Shown in pieces: positions 36,784 through 46,170 of a DNA stretch of 64,000 nt. Numbering within the stretch: position 1 is the stretch's first letter; each line of letters starts with the position of its first letter. The position numbers and the translations under genes were made by a program. This DNA is from Pseudomonadota bacterium (GTDB lineage: Bacteria; Pseudomonadota; Gammaproteobacteria; Burkholderiales; JBEEJL01). The notes beneath the pieces are model-generated. The model was not told the origin of the DNA and searched no databases. It saw only the letters and a program-made list of their open reading frames with translations. The DNA lies in the NCBI GenBank assembly GCA_043744215.1, contig JAYTVC010000012.1, forward strand, positions 19,246 through 83,245, read 5' to 3'.

Positions 36784-37686
36784 CTACTTATCCCCGTATT
36801 CTTCATAACGGTAGCGCATCAGGGTTGATAGCTGGCCTATGTTACTTGCGAGCCTCTGGGAGCAACGAATAAACCATGCGCGTCTCAGCGGCAAACTGAG
36901 AATGGCCCCGGCGAGAGCGGCCAGTGCCAGCGACAGGCGATAGAAAAACCAACGTAAGCGGGCGAATGCGCCCCGCGAATGGCCGCATATTTCCACAAAC
37001 ATCTGCCCGCCACGGAATGACCGCCGAACCAACCAGCCAAGTGTGGCGCGTTCCGCAGGAATGTTTTCTCTTACCTTCGCTTCGTTACACCAGACCAGTC
37101 TGGCGCCCGCGTGCCGCATGCGTTCAAATAAATCCGTGTCTTCTCCCCCCGTTAATCCATAACGGGGATTAAACGGTGCCACTGGGTCCGGCAAGGCTTT
37201 TATGCGGACCAACGCGTTGTTGGTTGCGCCACGTAATTGCATCGCACCCGTGGTTTCCGGTTCACTTTGAAAAAACCGGCCTTCTGCAGCCCACTTCGGC
37301 GCGTCCGCCGGCAATTCACCTATCACTGGCCCGAACACAACATCGGCATCGTACTTGACCAGGGTGTCATATAAACTCTTAAGCCAGCCGTCATCTGCCC
37401 GTTCGTCGTCATCAATAAACGCCAATAGCTCGCCTGTGCTGTTGGCAACGCCGAGGTTGCGTGTGAGCGCAATGTTTTTTAGCGGCTGTGTGAAATAACG
37501 GATGGGCATGACGCTATTAGCGGCGGCTTGTTCTACGGTGGCGCGCCCGCTGCAAGACGGATCGTTATCCACCACGATGATGCCAGCCGAAACGCCATTG
37601 GGCAGCGCTTGTCGCATCAAGCTCATGAGCAGCAATTGCAGCAAGCCGGGGCGCTTATACGTTGCGATGCAGATATCAATATGCAT
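36784..37686 (-). CDS. GT-A (family 2) glycosyltransferase, paralog B
   Basis: MHIDICIATYKRP...VVDND...FIDDDE. Collinear with the neighbouring gene over the full length. Confidence 0.8.
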   Translation of the reverse strand: MHIDICIATYKRPGLLQLLLMSLMRQALPNGVSAGIIVVDNDPSCSGRATVEQAAANSVMPIRYFTQPLKNIALTRNLGVANSTGELLAFIDDDERADDGWLKSLYDTLVKYDADVVFGPVIGELPADAPKWAAEGRFFQSEPETTGAMQLRGATNNALVRIKALPDPVAPFNPRYGLTGGEDTDLFERMRHAGARLVWCNEAKVRENIPAERATLGWLVRRSFRGGQMFVEICGHSRGAFARLRWFFYRLSLALAALAGAILSLPLRRAWFIRCSQRLASNIGQLSTLMRYRYEEYGDK

Positions 37687-38950
37687 GGGCTTTCCTCACA
37701 TGCCTGATTCCATTTGCCAATAACAAAGTGAGCACCGCCTCGCCGATAATCAACGTCATCAAACTACCCTTCACGCCGTATGCCTTGATCAACACTACTC
37801 CCATGAGCAATACGCCAATTGCCGTAGCAGAATTTGCCAGTGTGATTTCCCTGAATCGTTTGAAAACTTGTAACAAGGAGGAATAATTTCCTCGCATCGA
37901 TTGGATGGCAAACAAAATGCCCCACAGCAAAATCAGTGAAGCGGTTTGCGTATAGGCGCCGGTCAGCACGATTGGAATCAGCCAGTCTTTGACCAGGAGC
38001 AAAAAGCCGACATAGCCGAAGATGACCAGCAGAAGAACCCATTGCACTTTTTTGGCCACCGTTTCAATTTCATCGTGTTTGCCGGCATGGGCAAGGTAGG
38101 CCCACCGCGGCACCAGCACGCGGGAAAACCCTGCATTCAACAGCAGCAACGGCGCGAGAAACAATCGCGCCGCACTGGCTTCCGCTGTCTCTGCCGTGCT
38201 CACCAAGGCGGACAGTAAATAAATGTAGCTTTGATCTTGTATCCAAGTCACGGTTACGCCGCCCAAAGCCCAGCGCCCGTGTTGCCATGATTCCTGCATT
38301 GCCGGGCGAATATCCGCCGGGCGCACAGGCAGCTCGCGCCGCGCCATGACCGTTGCGGCAATGCCGACTATCAATGAGGCCAAGCCCATGATCACCAGCG
38401 CGGCCTGGTTAATTTGGGGAATCTGCAAAATCACGGCCGCCCATAGGCCGGTAAATAGCAACGTGACAAATGCGATGTCAAGCCAAAGCACGCGCATCGG
38501 CTGCAAGCGCAGAAAGAAATAGCTGCGGAAAAATTCGCGCAGCACCACACCAAGCAAACTGACGGATATGGCGAAGGCCATGCCTGCGCCTGCATGGCCG
38601 GCCCCTTTCAGCGCCAGACCGACTACCAGGCCAATCAGCGCAAGCGGAACAAATATTGCAAACTGCCCCACCGCCAGCGCGCTGCAAAAACGGCCCTGCT
38701 CGCTTGCGCTGCGCGACGGTGCCAATACGGCCATTTGCGATGAGACGAGTGCGTTTTGGATGCCGACCAAAAAAAGAATGATGGCGTAGCCCAACACATA
38801 CGCGCCGTATTCTTCTTTGCTCGAATGCCTGATCAGAAATATACCCAGCAGCAGGTTCGCCGCGCTCAGCATGGCCTGATCCACTACGCTGATTATGACA
38901 CTCGTGCGCATTCTCGGCACGGCGGGTGCGTTCGTGTCGGGGCTGGTCAT
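37676..38950 (-). CDS. polysaccharide flippase (Wzx/MOP-like) membrane protein
   Basis: ATG at 38950 forms an ATGA overlap with the upstream stop. About 12-14 TM helices. Confidence 0.7.
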   Translation of the reverse strand: MTSPDTNAPAVPRMRTSVIISVVDQAMLSAANLLLGIFLIRHSSKEEYGAYVLGYAIILFLVGIQNALVSSQMAVLAPSRSASEQGRFCSALAVGQFAIFVPLALIGLVVGLALKGAGHAGAGMAFAISVSLLGVVLREFFRSYFFLRLQPMRVLWLDIAFVTLLFTGLWAAVILQIPQINQAALVIMGLASLIVGIAATVMARRELPVRPADIRPAMQESWQHGRWALGGVTVTWIQDQSYIYLLSALVSTAETAEASAARLFLAPLLLLNAGFSRVLVPRWAYLAHAGKHDEIETVAKKVQWVLLLVIFGYVGFLLLVKDWLIPIVLTGAYTQTASLILLWGILFAIQSMRGNYSSLLQVFKRFREITLANSATAIGVLLMGVVLIKAYGVKGSLMTLIIGEAVLTLLLANGIRHVRKAHAY

Positions 38951-40095
38951 GGCGAGGCTGTGGCCCATTTTGTTTCCACGCTCAACCCATTGAACAAGGC
39001 CGTTTTTTGGAATGGGCCATTTTTAAGCGCCAGCCACTGCGCATCGGACATGCGTGGCCGATGATAAAACGCGATGCCCGTGCCCGGCAGTTGTTGCCGC
39101 GCCAGATCGACGTAGCCGCTGATGACGCTTGCATCGCGCGCGACGGGCGCACGTTGCACCATATCGTAAAGTGAAACCAGCAAAGTTAATTTTGCCGGCT
39201 CACGCAATGCGTTGCGGGCAGCCAGTGCTTTTTCTACATCTATGCGCGGCGCGTATTGCATGTAATAGATCACATCAATCCAACCTTGATTGGCCCACGT
39301 AATGCTGTCTTGACCTTGCAGCAGGTCATATTCGCCCAGCGGATGGCCGTCCATGCTGACTTCGAGTTTGGGTTTGAGTCGTTTGGCTTCCGTTGAAAAC
39401 CTGCGCACGATGTCGCTCACGGATGCGAAATTCCATTGGGACAGACTCTCGGTTTTGTTGCGCGGAATTTTTCGCAGCAGCAAATCCAGATACAGTGAGC
39501 GGTCAAATTTGCTGCGGTAATCTTGCGCGCAAAAATCACTGGTACAAAAACCCATGCTGCGAATGTAATCAAGATTTAATCCGTCAATGTCATACCGCTT
39601 CACAGTATCGAGCATGAGGTTGACTATGAAAGTACGGAACGCAGGCTGGTGCAAATTAAATGCGTCCTTCGGTGTGCCCTCATCAAAAAACGCAGGCAGC
39701 TTGTCGTCTTCCCGCCGCATGACATAAAACCAGGGGTGTACCTGCACGCCTATCGCATGGGCCTGCGTGATGAGATAGGCCAACGGGTCGTCGCCGCTCT
39801 CTATACGATTGGCGACGCGCGTATCGGTTTTGCTCAACGCGCTGGGAAATAACGTACCGCGCCCATGCCACACGCAGGGCACGTAAACATTGAAGCCGCC
39901 TGACTGCACACGCGCAAGTATCGTGTCGGTCGCTGCTCTTGATTCAGCCCAATCGAGGCTCTCATCAAACATGACGCGCCGCTCTTGCGCGACAACGGCT
40001 TCTTTCGTTGCGTTTTGTGGCGAGTCTGCGGCGTGCACGAACGTGGTTGCCATAAACCACAACGAGCCGACCAAACAAAAAAAACCGCAACGCAT
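38947..40095 (-). CDS. exported glycoside-hydrolase-like protein (GHL10/DUF187-like)
   Basis: ATG at 40095 gives the signal peptide MRCGFFCLVGSLWFMATTFVHA. GFNVYVPCVWHGRG and DGLNLDYIR TIM-barrel-like motifs. The longer track ORF runs through an intergenic motif copy. Confidence 0.55.
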   Translation of the reverse strand: MRCGFFCLVGSLWFMATTFVHAADSPQNATKEAVVAQERRVMFDESLDWAESRAATDTILARVQSGGFNVYVPCVWHGRGTLFPSALSKTDTRVANRIESGDDPLAYLITQAHAIGVQVHPWFYVMRREDDKLPAFFDEGTPKDAFNLHQPAFRTFIVNLMLDTVKRYDIDGLNLDYIRSMGFCTSDFCAQDYRSKFDRSLYLDLLLRKIPRNKTESLSQWNFASVSDIVRRFSTEAKRLKPKLEVSMDGHPLGEYDLLQGQDSITWANQGWIDVIYYMQYAPRIDVEKALAARNALREPAKLTLLVSLYDMVQRAPVARDASVISGYVDLARQQLPGTGIAFYHRPRMSDAQWLALKNGPFQKTALFNGLSVETKWATASP

Positions 40096-40135
40096 TACTG
40101 CGCTGGCAGATTTTTGAGGTGCTCGTTGCTTTACA

Positions 40136-40159
40136 TGTAACATATTGATTATATTGAAT
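40136..40159 (+). repeat. 24-bp AT-rich dispersed motif copy (consensus)
   Basis: TGTAACATATTGATTATATTGAAT. About 40 nt upstream of the GHL10-like start on the opposite strand. Confidence 0.9.
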
Positions 40160-40371
40160 ATTTTATAGCGTTTTGCGCAACCGTCACCTGTTCGCGCATG
40201 CGCGACAGTTTGAAACTGCGCGGGAATAGGAAACCGAAAAAAATAAAGAACGGGGGCCAGTTTGACGGTTATTGTTTCAATCGCAGCGAATAATGATTGC
40301 GTATTTAATTGCATGATCAGGCTGGCTCAACAACTTGGCGATGAAATAATTTGCAATAAAACGACGGCTCA

Positions 40372-41214
40372 CTACGAAGACGCCACTTTGCGCGGAATCT
40401 GAAACAAGCCTCCCTTTTGCTTGTCGCGAGCGGCCTCTTCCACCAGTTTGGCATCCACTGTCTGGCGCTGCACCGCGTAGGCGTAAACCAATACCGTGTC
40501 ACACAACAAATTGATCAATCGCGGCGTGCCATTGGTTTGTGCATACACGACATCGCAAGCGGTATCGCTGAACAACTCCGGGTTAATGCAGCCGGCATAA
40601 AGAACACGATGGCGGATATAGCCACGCGTCTCTTCACGGTCCAGCGGCCACAGGTGATAATCCACCGCGATACGTTGCGCGAATTGTTCAAGCTCCGGGC
40701 TGGTGAGAGTTTCACGCAATTGCGGCTGGCCTACCAGCACCACTTGCAGCACCTGGCTTTTATCCGCGTTCACATTGGATAACATGCGCAACTCTTCCAG
40801 CGTTTCCGGCGACATGTTTTGCGCTTCGTCCACTATCAATACCGTGCGGCGGTTGTTGGCGTATTCACTGATAAGAAATTCCATGAAGGCCTGGAACATC
40901 TCGACTTTTTCCTTGCCTTTATAGTCGAGGCCGTAGGCGTACAAAATCCATTGCAGCAATTCGCCGAAGGAACGGTGAGTATTGGAAATCAACCCGACCG
41001 TGACATCACGGTTCATACGATTAAGAATGTGGCGAATCAGCGTGGTTTTGCCGGTGCCAATTTCACCGGTGATCACATTAAATCCGGCCTGATTCATCAT
41101 GCCGTATTCCAACAGGTCGAGCGCGGCCCGATGCTTGCTGCTGGGATAGAGAAAACTGGGATCGGGGATAATCGAAAACGGTTTCTCTTTGAACCCGAAA
41201 TAATTTTCGTACAT
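40372..41214 (-). CDS. ExeA-like AAA ATPase (PEP-CTERM-locus secretion ATPase type)
   Basis: Walker A GEIGTGKTT and Walker B VLIVDEAQN. Confidence 0.75.
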   Translation of the reverse strand: MYENYFGFKEKPFSIIPDPSFLYPSSKHRAALDLLEYGMMNQAGFNVITGEIGTGKTTLIRHILNRMNRDVTVGLISNTHRSFGELLQWILYAYGLDYKGKEKVEMFQAFMEFLISEYANNRRTVLIVDEAQNMSPETLEELRMLSNVNADKSQVLQVVLVGQPQLRETLTSPELEQFAQRIAVDYHLWPLDREETRGYIRHRVLYAGCINPELFSDTACDVVYAQTNGTPRLINLLCDTVLVYAYAVQRQTVDAKLVEEAARDKQKGGLFQIPRKVASS

Positions 41215-41216
41215 GG

Positions 41217-42080
41217 TCAGGCGCTCCGGGGACTAAACCAGCGGCTGAACGTGCCTGCAGTGCTGGCGTAAACCGATTGCATTTCCGGGACTTTGTTAAG
41301 CACGGTGCCGATCAGTTTGTCTGTTTCGATAAGCTCTGCCGCGTTGCTGGCCGCGTGGGTAGGAGTCTTGCCCTCTTCCACCACCATGATGGCGGCTTCA
41401 ACGTGGGGAATAAACACGGTGGCATCCGCAACATTGAGCATCGGCGGCAAATCAAACATAACGTAGCGCGAGGGGTACCGGGTTTTCATTTCCTGTACCA
41501 GTTTGATCATGCGCTGGGAACTCAGCATCTCGGATGAATTGAGAATACGTTTGCCGGCCGGCAACACCACCAGACGCGGTATGCCGGGATGAATCAGCAA
41601 CTCGTTAAGCGGCACGCCATCGGTTAGATAATCGGAAAGCCCTCGCACGTCGCCCAAACCGAGCAATCGATTAAGCGTGGGGTTACGCATGTCGGCATCC
41701 ACCAGCAGCACCGTCTTGTCTACCTCAAGCGCTAAACTCAAGGCCAGGTTAAGCGCCGTGAGCGACTTGCCTTCGCCGGCGCCCGGGCTGGTGATGGCCA
41801 GTGTATTGGCACCGCGTTCGCGCATACGGTGCAGAACTTGCGTACGCAAAACCTTATACGCGTCGGAATATCCATTTTGTTCTGGTGCACGGATAACCCG
41901 GTTGGCGCGCAATGTTTTGGGAGACAGCGTTACCGTGCGCGTTTGCGTGTATTCGATTTCTTCAAAGCGCGGGACAGGAGACTGGTTGGGCAGGTTGACG
42001 AGTTTCCCTTGCTCAAGCCAGCCAGTTTCGCTGCCGCGCTCTTGGCGGGCGCGGTCGAGTGCTTCTTTTATGCGTTCCAT
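41217..42080 (-). CDS. BY-kinase-like P-loop ATPase (EPS tyrosine autokinase type)
   Basis: ITSPGAGEGKS Walker A, VLLVDADMRNP Walker A' and YVMFDLPP Walker B. Confidence 0.75.
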   Translation of the reverse strand: MERIKEALDRARQERGSETGWLEQGKLVNLPNQSPVPRFEEIEYTQTRTVTLSPKTLRANRVIRAPEQNGYSDAYKVLRTQVLHRMRERGANTLAITSPGAGEGKSLTALNLALSLALEVDKTVLLVDADMRNPTLNRLLGLGDVRGLSDYLTDGVPLNELLIHPGIPRLVVLPAGKRILNSSEMLSSQRMIKLVQEMKTRYPSRYVMFDLPPMLNVADATVFIPHVEAAIMVVEEGKTPTHAASNAAELIETDKLIGTVLNKVPEMQSVYASTAGTFSRWFSPRSA

Positions 42081-42101
42081 GTCGTTTTCCTTGATAACAT
42101 T

Positions 42102-43838
42102 TTATAGCCCCAGCTTGCGCATGAAAACAAACCACGCGACGTCAAGCGGCATCCAGAATATGTGCAATACCAACAACAGGCTGGTGAGCACCACCACGCC
42201 CATCATGGCGTGCATAATTTGCGACCAGCGTGCGCTGCTGATATCGCCTGAATTGGAAATGTAAGGGATGCTTGCCAGCACCGGAACCGGCACGATGGCG
42301 GCCAGCACATTGCCACCGCGTATGGTTTTATCGAGCGCTTCGGCGATACCGCCATACGCTGCGCCGCCGGCCAATGAGAACAACATACCCAGCAACAGCA
42401 ATAGTGGGCGATTAGGCTTGGCTGCCTTGTCCGGCAAATTGGGCGCTTCATTCAACGCAAATCGTTCGCCTTTGCGGTCTTTTTCAAGCCCCTCGGATTG
42501 CTGGGCTTCTGACAGCTTGGCTTTAATTTCCTGATAACGCCTGATGGAATTTTCACGCTCGCGTGAAAGATCAAGATATTCGCGTTCCACTTGCGGCGTT
42601 TTTTGCAGGCGCGACTCGTAATCAGCGAGGCGGGATTTGGTCTGGGCCTGTTTCGATTTCAGCGCGCGTAATTCAGCATTAGTGGCTTCCAGTTGCGCTT
42701 GCAGAGTGATGTACGCCGGGTTCTCCGGTTTTCTGGCGGGTTGTACCGATACTGACGGCGAGCGCGCAATCGCCGCTTCGGTTTGTGCGATGGCACCGCG
42801 CAACTTGATAACGTCTGGGTGATCTTCCGTATACCGCTCTTGAGCGGCAACCAAATCACCGCGCAACTTGACCAATTTTTTGGATTCTTCAGCGCGATCG
42901 CCCGATGCGCCGGATTGTTCCAGCGCTTCGATTTCATTCCGCATTTTTATGACGTCCGGATGCTCGGGCGAATACTGCGAGGCAACCGATGCATATTGTG
43001 TGCGCAGCGATTTGAGCCGCTCGTCGGTATCGAGAATACGGGCACCGTCCAGGGAAAAGCTCGGTGTATTCGGCTTGATTTGGGCTAACTGGCCCTCCAG
43101 ATAAAATTTGCGGTCACTCACCGTCGCCAGTTGGCGCTCCACATCGACCGACTCCGTCTCGGTACGATCGCGCAATTGTAAATTGAGTTGTGCCAATTCC
43201 GGCAGGGTGCCTACATTGCGCTGTTTGAAATTTGCCAAACGCGCTTCCAAATCGGCGATTTGATCGTTGAGTTTTTTTGCTTCGTCATCAAGAAAAATAG
43301 ACGTATCCGACGCTTTTTGACGGCGGGTTTTCAGGTTTTCATTCAGATAGAGCGAGGTCAATTCGTTCGTGACACGTTGTGCCTGCTCTGGCGTTTCGCC
43401 AAAATAAGAAATGCTGAATGCGATGGTTGCCGCGGACTTCTGGCCGTTACGACGATCGATAATGTCTGCGTTAATCATCTCCAGCACGATGTTCTTACGC
43501 ATCTGCTCGAGGATGCCCTCCGTCGCTTCCTGCTTGCGCCGTTTTTCGAACAGGTTGAATTTTTCGACGATTCCCCACAAGTGTGGGCGCGTCATGACTT
43601 GCTGGCTGATAACCTGGATGCGCTGGTCGGCATAGGTTGTCACGGCTGATTTTACCAACTCGGCCGGAACTTCCTGCTCTTCAATCAGGATGGTCCCCGT
43701 CGACTTGTACACCGACGGAATGGACATCACGTAAAACGTGGCGGCCGTGGATAAAATGGCGGCCGGAATCAATACCTGCCATTTGCGGCGGCGGAGTATC
43801 TCCAGATAATCGCCGAGTTCCTTCACTTTTTGTTCCAT
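42102..43838 (-). CDS. polysaccharide chain-length determinant (Wzz/GumC-like)
   Basis: ATG at 43838 with an AGGAG RBS. N- and C-terminal TM helices flank a long coiled-coil periplasmic region. Confidence 0.8.
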   Translation of the reverse strand: MEQKVKELGDYLEILRRRKWQVLIPAAILSTAATFYVMSIPSVYKSTGTILIEEQEVPAELVKSAVTTYADQRIQVISQQVMTRPHLWGIVEKFNLFEKRRKQEATEGILEQMRKNIVLEMINADIIDRRNGQKSAATIAFSISYFGETPEQAQRVTNELTSLYLNENLKTRRQKASDTSIFLDDEAKKLNDQIADLEARLANFKQRNVGTLPELAQLNLQLRDRTETESVDVERQLATVSDRKFYLEGQLAQIKPNTPSFSLDGARILDTDERLKSLRTQYASVASQYSPEHPDVIKMRNEIEALEQSGASGDRAEESKKLVKLRGDLVAAQERYTEDHPDVIKLRGAIAQTEAAIARSPSVSVQPARKPENPAYITLQAQLEATNAELRALKSKQAQTKSRLADYESRLQKTPQVEREYLDLSRERENSIRRYQEIKAKLSEAQQSEGLEKDRKGERFALNEAPNLPDKAAKPNRPLLLLLGMLFSLAGGAAYGGIAEALDKTIRGGNVLAAIVPVPVLASIPYISNSGDISSARWSQIMHAMMGVVVLTSLLLVLHIFWMPLDVAWFVFMRKLGL

Positions 43839-43891
43839 GCTGCTTACTCCTGAATCAAGCTTTGCCGACACGCGGGCCGATTGGTTTGCGG

Positions 43892-45142
43892 TTAGCGCGA
43901 AATTGCCGTTTTATTCCACGTATATATAAAATTGATAAATGCGCCTTTGGAGGTCAGTTTTCTGTCATCGCCGCCATTATTCACCGGCTGCCTTGCGTTG
44001 CGATAACTGAGGCCGCCATCCAGGCTCCACTCTCTGCTGGGCACCCAGGTCAAGCGCGGCTCAATGCGAAAATAACGAATCTTGTCCGCTTCGGCCCCGC
44101 CAATGGTGGTGTTGTCGTAATAAGCTGTGGTCAGGGCAAAACGGGAAAGTTCAGTAAGATTTTGGTTCCATTCCACCACTGCCCGCCGTGTATCTACCAG
44201 TGCATTCACGCCGGCCGCATTGATTTCGCGACCCGCATTGAAGCCGATATTGCCCGACAGGTATCTTTGTAAAACCTTGAATCCTCCCTGCACGCCTGAT
44301 TGTTTGGTCGTTCTCGCCGGAGTGGGTAGCGCAGGGGGTGGAATCGGTTGGCTCTCTGAAGCATCGGCGTCAACATTGAATACACCCAAGCCTACCGACC
44401 AGCTTAAAGTTTCATCTACAGGGTGGGAATACAATCCGTTAATGGCCGAATTTTTGAATTTTGTGCGTGGAACCACGAGGCTGTTAGGCAACGTCTTCAG
44501 TGAACCTAACCGGGCGTTGAGTTCGATTTCATCGTTCTGCGCGGTACGGTAGCGCCAGGCAGGAATAATTTCGTTGTTGCGATAATCGAGCAGTGCGGTC
44601 TTTTGGGCATCCTTGAAACCGACATCCTCAAAGCGGTAGCCGATAGAAAGTGCCGTGCGTTCATCAAGGTTGTAGGTGTAACTGGGAAACGCGCTGATTC
44701 TCTGTCTTTGTTTGCGCTCCAACGGTAACCCGGTTTGCTCCAACAATGTTGCCAGAGTGGAATCAAGGCTGTTGTTGGATGTCAGGCCAAATTCACTGCG
44801 TTCGCCTTTTTCTTTCCAATCAAAATCGAACAACACGTCGTTGGCATTGAGGTCCGTATCTTTGTTGTAGCGTCGGCTGGCCACGCGCACTTTGCCGCTC
44901 ACCTTGCGCACCTCGGTTTCCAGGCCGAACAACACGCCGGGTGAAACGGTAACGCCGAAGTTGGAACGGATAGCCGGATTATTTTCTGCAAAAAAACGGA
45001 TGTTGTCGTCATAGCTGGTCGACAGGGCCACTGAAGGTTCAACGGACCATTCCGCCGCATGGGACGCCAAGCTCGCGCAGGCGGCGGCAATTAAAACCAG
45101 ACGCTTTGTCCGGCTGCTGTTTGTGCAATCATTGTTTGACAT
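43892..45142 (-). CDS. putative outer-membrane beta-barrel protein of the EPS locus
   Basis: Signal peptide (AACASLASHA) and alternating beta-strand pattern throughout. Its position between the export and chain-length genes matches PEP-CTERM-type loci. Confidence 0.5.
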   Translation of the reverse strand: MSNNDCTNSSRTKRLVLIAAACASLASHAAEWSVEPSVALSTSYDDNIRFFAENNPAIRSNFGVTVSPGVLFGLETEVRKVSGKVRVASRRYNKDTDLNANDVLFDFDWKEKGERSEFGLTSNNSLDSTLATLLEQTGLPLERKQRQRISAFPSYTYNLDERTALSIGYRFEDVGFKDAQKTALLDYRNNEIIPAWRYRTAQNDEIELNARLGSLKTLPNSLVVPRTKFKNSAINGLYSHPVDETLSWSVGLGVFNVDADASESQPIPPPALPTPARTTKQSGVQGGFKVLQRYLSGNIGFNAGREINAAGVNALVDTRRAVVEWNQNLTELSRFALTTAYYDNTTIGGAEADKIRYFRIEPRLTWVPSREWSLDGGLSYRNARQPVNNGGDDRKLTSKGAFINFIYTWNKTAISR

Positions 45143-45162
45143 ATCGCGCCCTAAAAAATGAA

Positions 45163-45780
45163 TCAGGGAACCAGCACCACATCGCCGCTTTTAAGCTGGA
45201 TGTTCTGGGTCAGGTCGGAACCGTTTTGTACTTTGGCGTATTCGAAAGGAATGGAAATTTCCTTGCCGCCTTCACGTCGCAAAATTTTAATTTTGTTCTC
45301 GGCCGCGTACGGTGTAAGGCCGCCCGCCATGCTCAGTGCCTGCAACACATCGAGGTAGCGCCCCGTTACCAGTTCGCCAGGCCGATTCACTTTACCGATG
45401 ACATAAACCTTGTTGCTGACAATTCTCAAAACGGAAACCGACACCACGGGATTGGGAATGTAGCGCGTGAGTTTCTGTGTGATTTCCTGCTGGACCTGGA
45501 CCACTGTTTTGCCGGCAGCCTGCAAATCGCCGACCAGCGGAAAAGCAATGCCGCCATCAGGACGCACCAGCACTTCTTTTTTCAGCGCATCTTCTTTCCA
45601 CACGGATATTTCAAGCACATCTTCTGCGCCGATTCGGTAATCGTTGGTCGCGGCTACCGTGTCTTTGGCGGCAGAGGTCGCCGTCGCGGCCTTGTCGGCA
45701 ACCGATTGCGCCTGGGCCCATGTCACACACGTCAACATTAAGCCTATGAGAATGAATTGATTCAACGTCATTTTTTTCAT
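45163..45780 (-). CDS. polysaccharide export protein (Wza-like Poly_export + SLBB)
   Basis: Signal peptide. YRIGAEDVLEISVW, PDGGIAFPLVGDLQAAG, VYVIGKVNRPG. Confidence 0.85.
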   Translation of the reverse strand: MKKMTLNQFILIGLMLTCVTWAQAQSVADKAATATSAAKDTVAATNDYRIGAEDVLEISVWKEDALKKEVLVRPDGGIAFPLVGDLQAAGKTVVQVQQEITQKLTRYIPNPVVSVSVLRIVSNKVYVIGKVNRPGELVTGRYLDVLQALSMAGGLTPYAAENKIKILRREGGKEISIPFEYAKVQNGSDLTQNIQLKSGDVVLVP

Positions 45781-45947
45781 GAGTACACCTTCATCATGGA
45801 TATCAAAACGGGTTTTTAAAACCGGATTTTCAACACTATTTCAAAACGCATGCGCTACGCGTGCTTACCCAAACCACTCAACCATAAATTTTAGACGATA
45901 TAAGCGCTCATGCCGGAGTGCGCCAAAGCCCGCTTATCCGTTAAAAT

Positions 45948-45971
45948 CATAACCTATTGATTTTATTCAAT
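45948..45971 (+). repeat. 24-bp AT-rich dispersed motif copy
   Basis: CATAACCTATTGATTTTATTCAAT. About 170 nt upstream of the EPS export gene. Confidence 0.7.
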
Positions 45972-46170
45972 ATTTTTAATATCGAGCGGATAATTCTCTC
46001 TGTCTGCGGTTGCCCACACTATAACTACAGCATAGCTGGCTTGGAGAAAATCGCACTGGGGTAAACACTGTATACCCGGCGGGGGCGATTCTTGATTTTG
46101 AGGACAAAAGGGCCTTCGCCCTCGCAGGCTGAAGTCTCGACCGGCGATGCCATTGCGTGCCTACAACCAG

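Noticed and set aside
39561-39585. An 11-nt match to the motif core (AATGTAATCAA) inside the GHL10-like gene, with similar short matches at 15030-15050 and 63886-63904.
   Set aside because: The matches are too short or too diverged to separate from chance in AT-rich patches, so they are not counted as copies.
40136-40159. The motif as a sigma-70 promoter, because it carries TATAAT or TATATT.
   Set aside because: No acceptable -35 hexamer lies 16-18 nt upstream in the copies I checked (40136 and 50163). Copies occur in both orientations relative to the nearest genes, so I do not assign a general promoter function.
45781-46170. A sigma-54 (TGGCAC-N5-TTGC) promoter upstream of the EPS export operon.
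   Set aside because: The only GG/GC pairs I found (for example TGGCTTGGAGAAAATCGCA near 46040) have the wrong spacing and face away from the operon.
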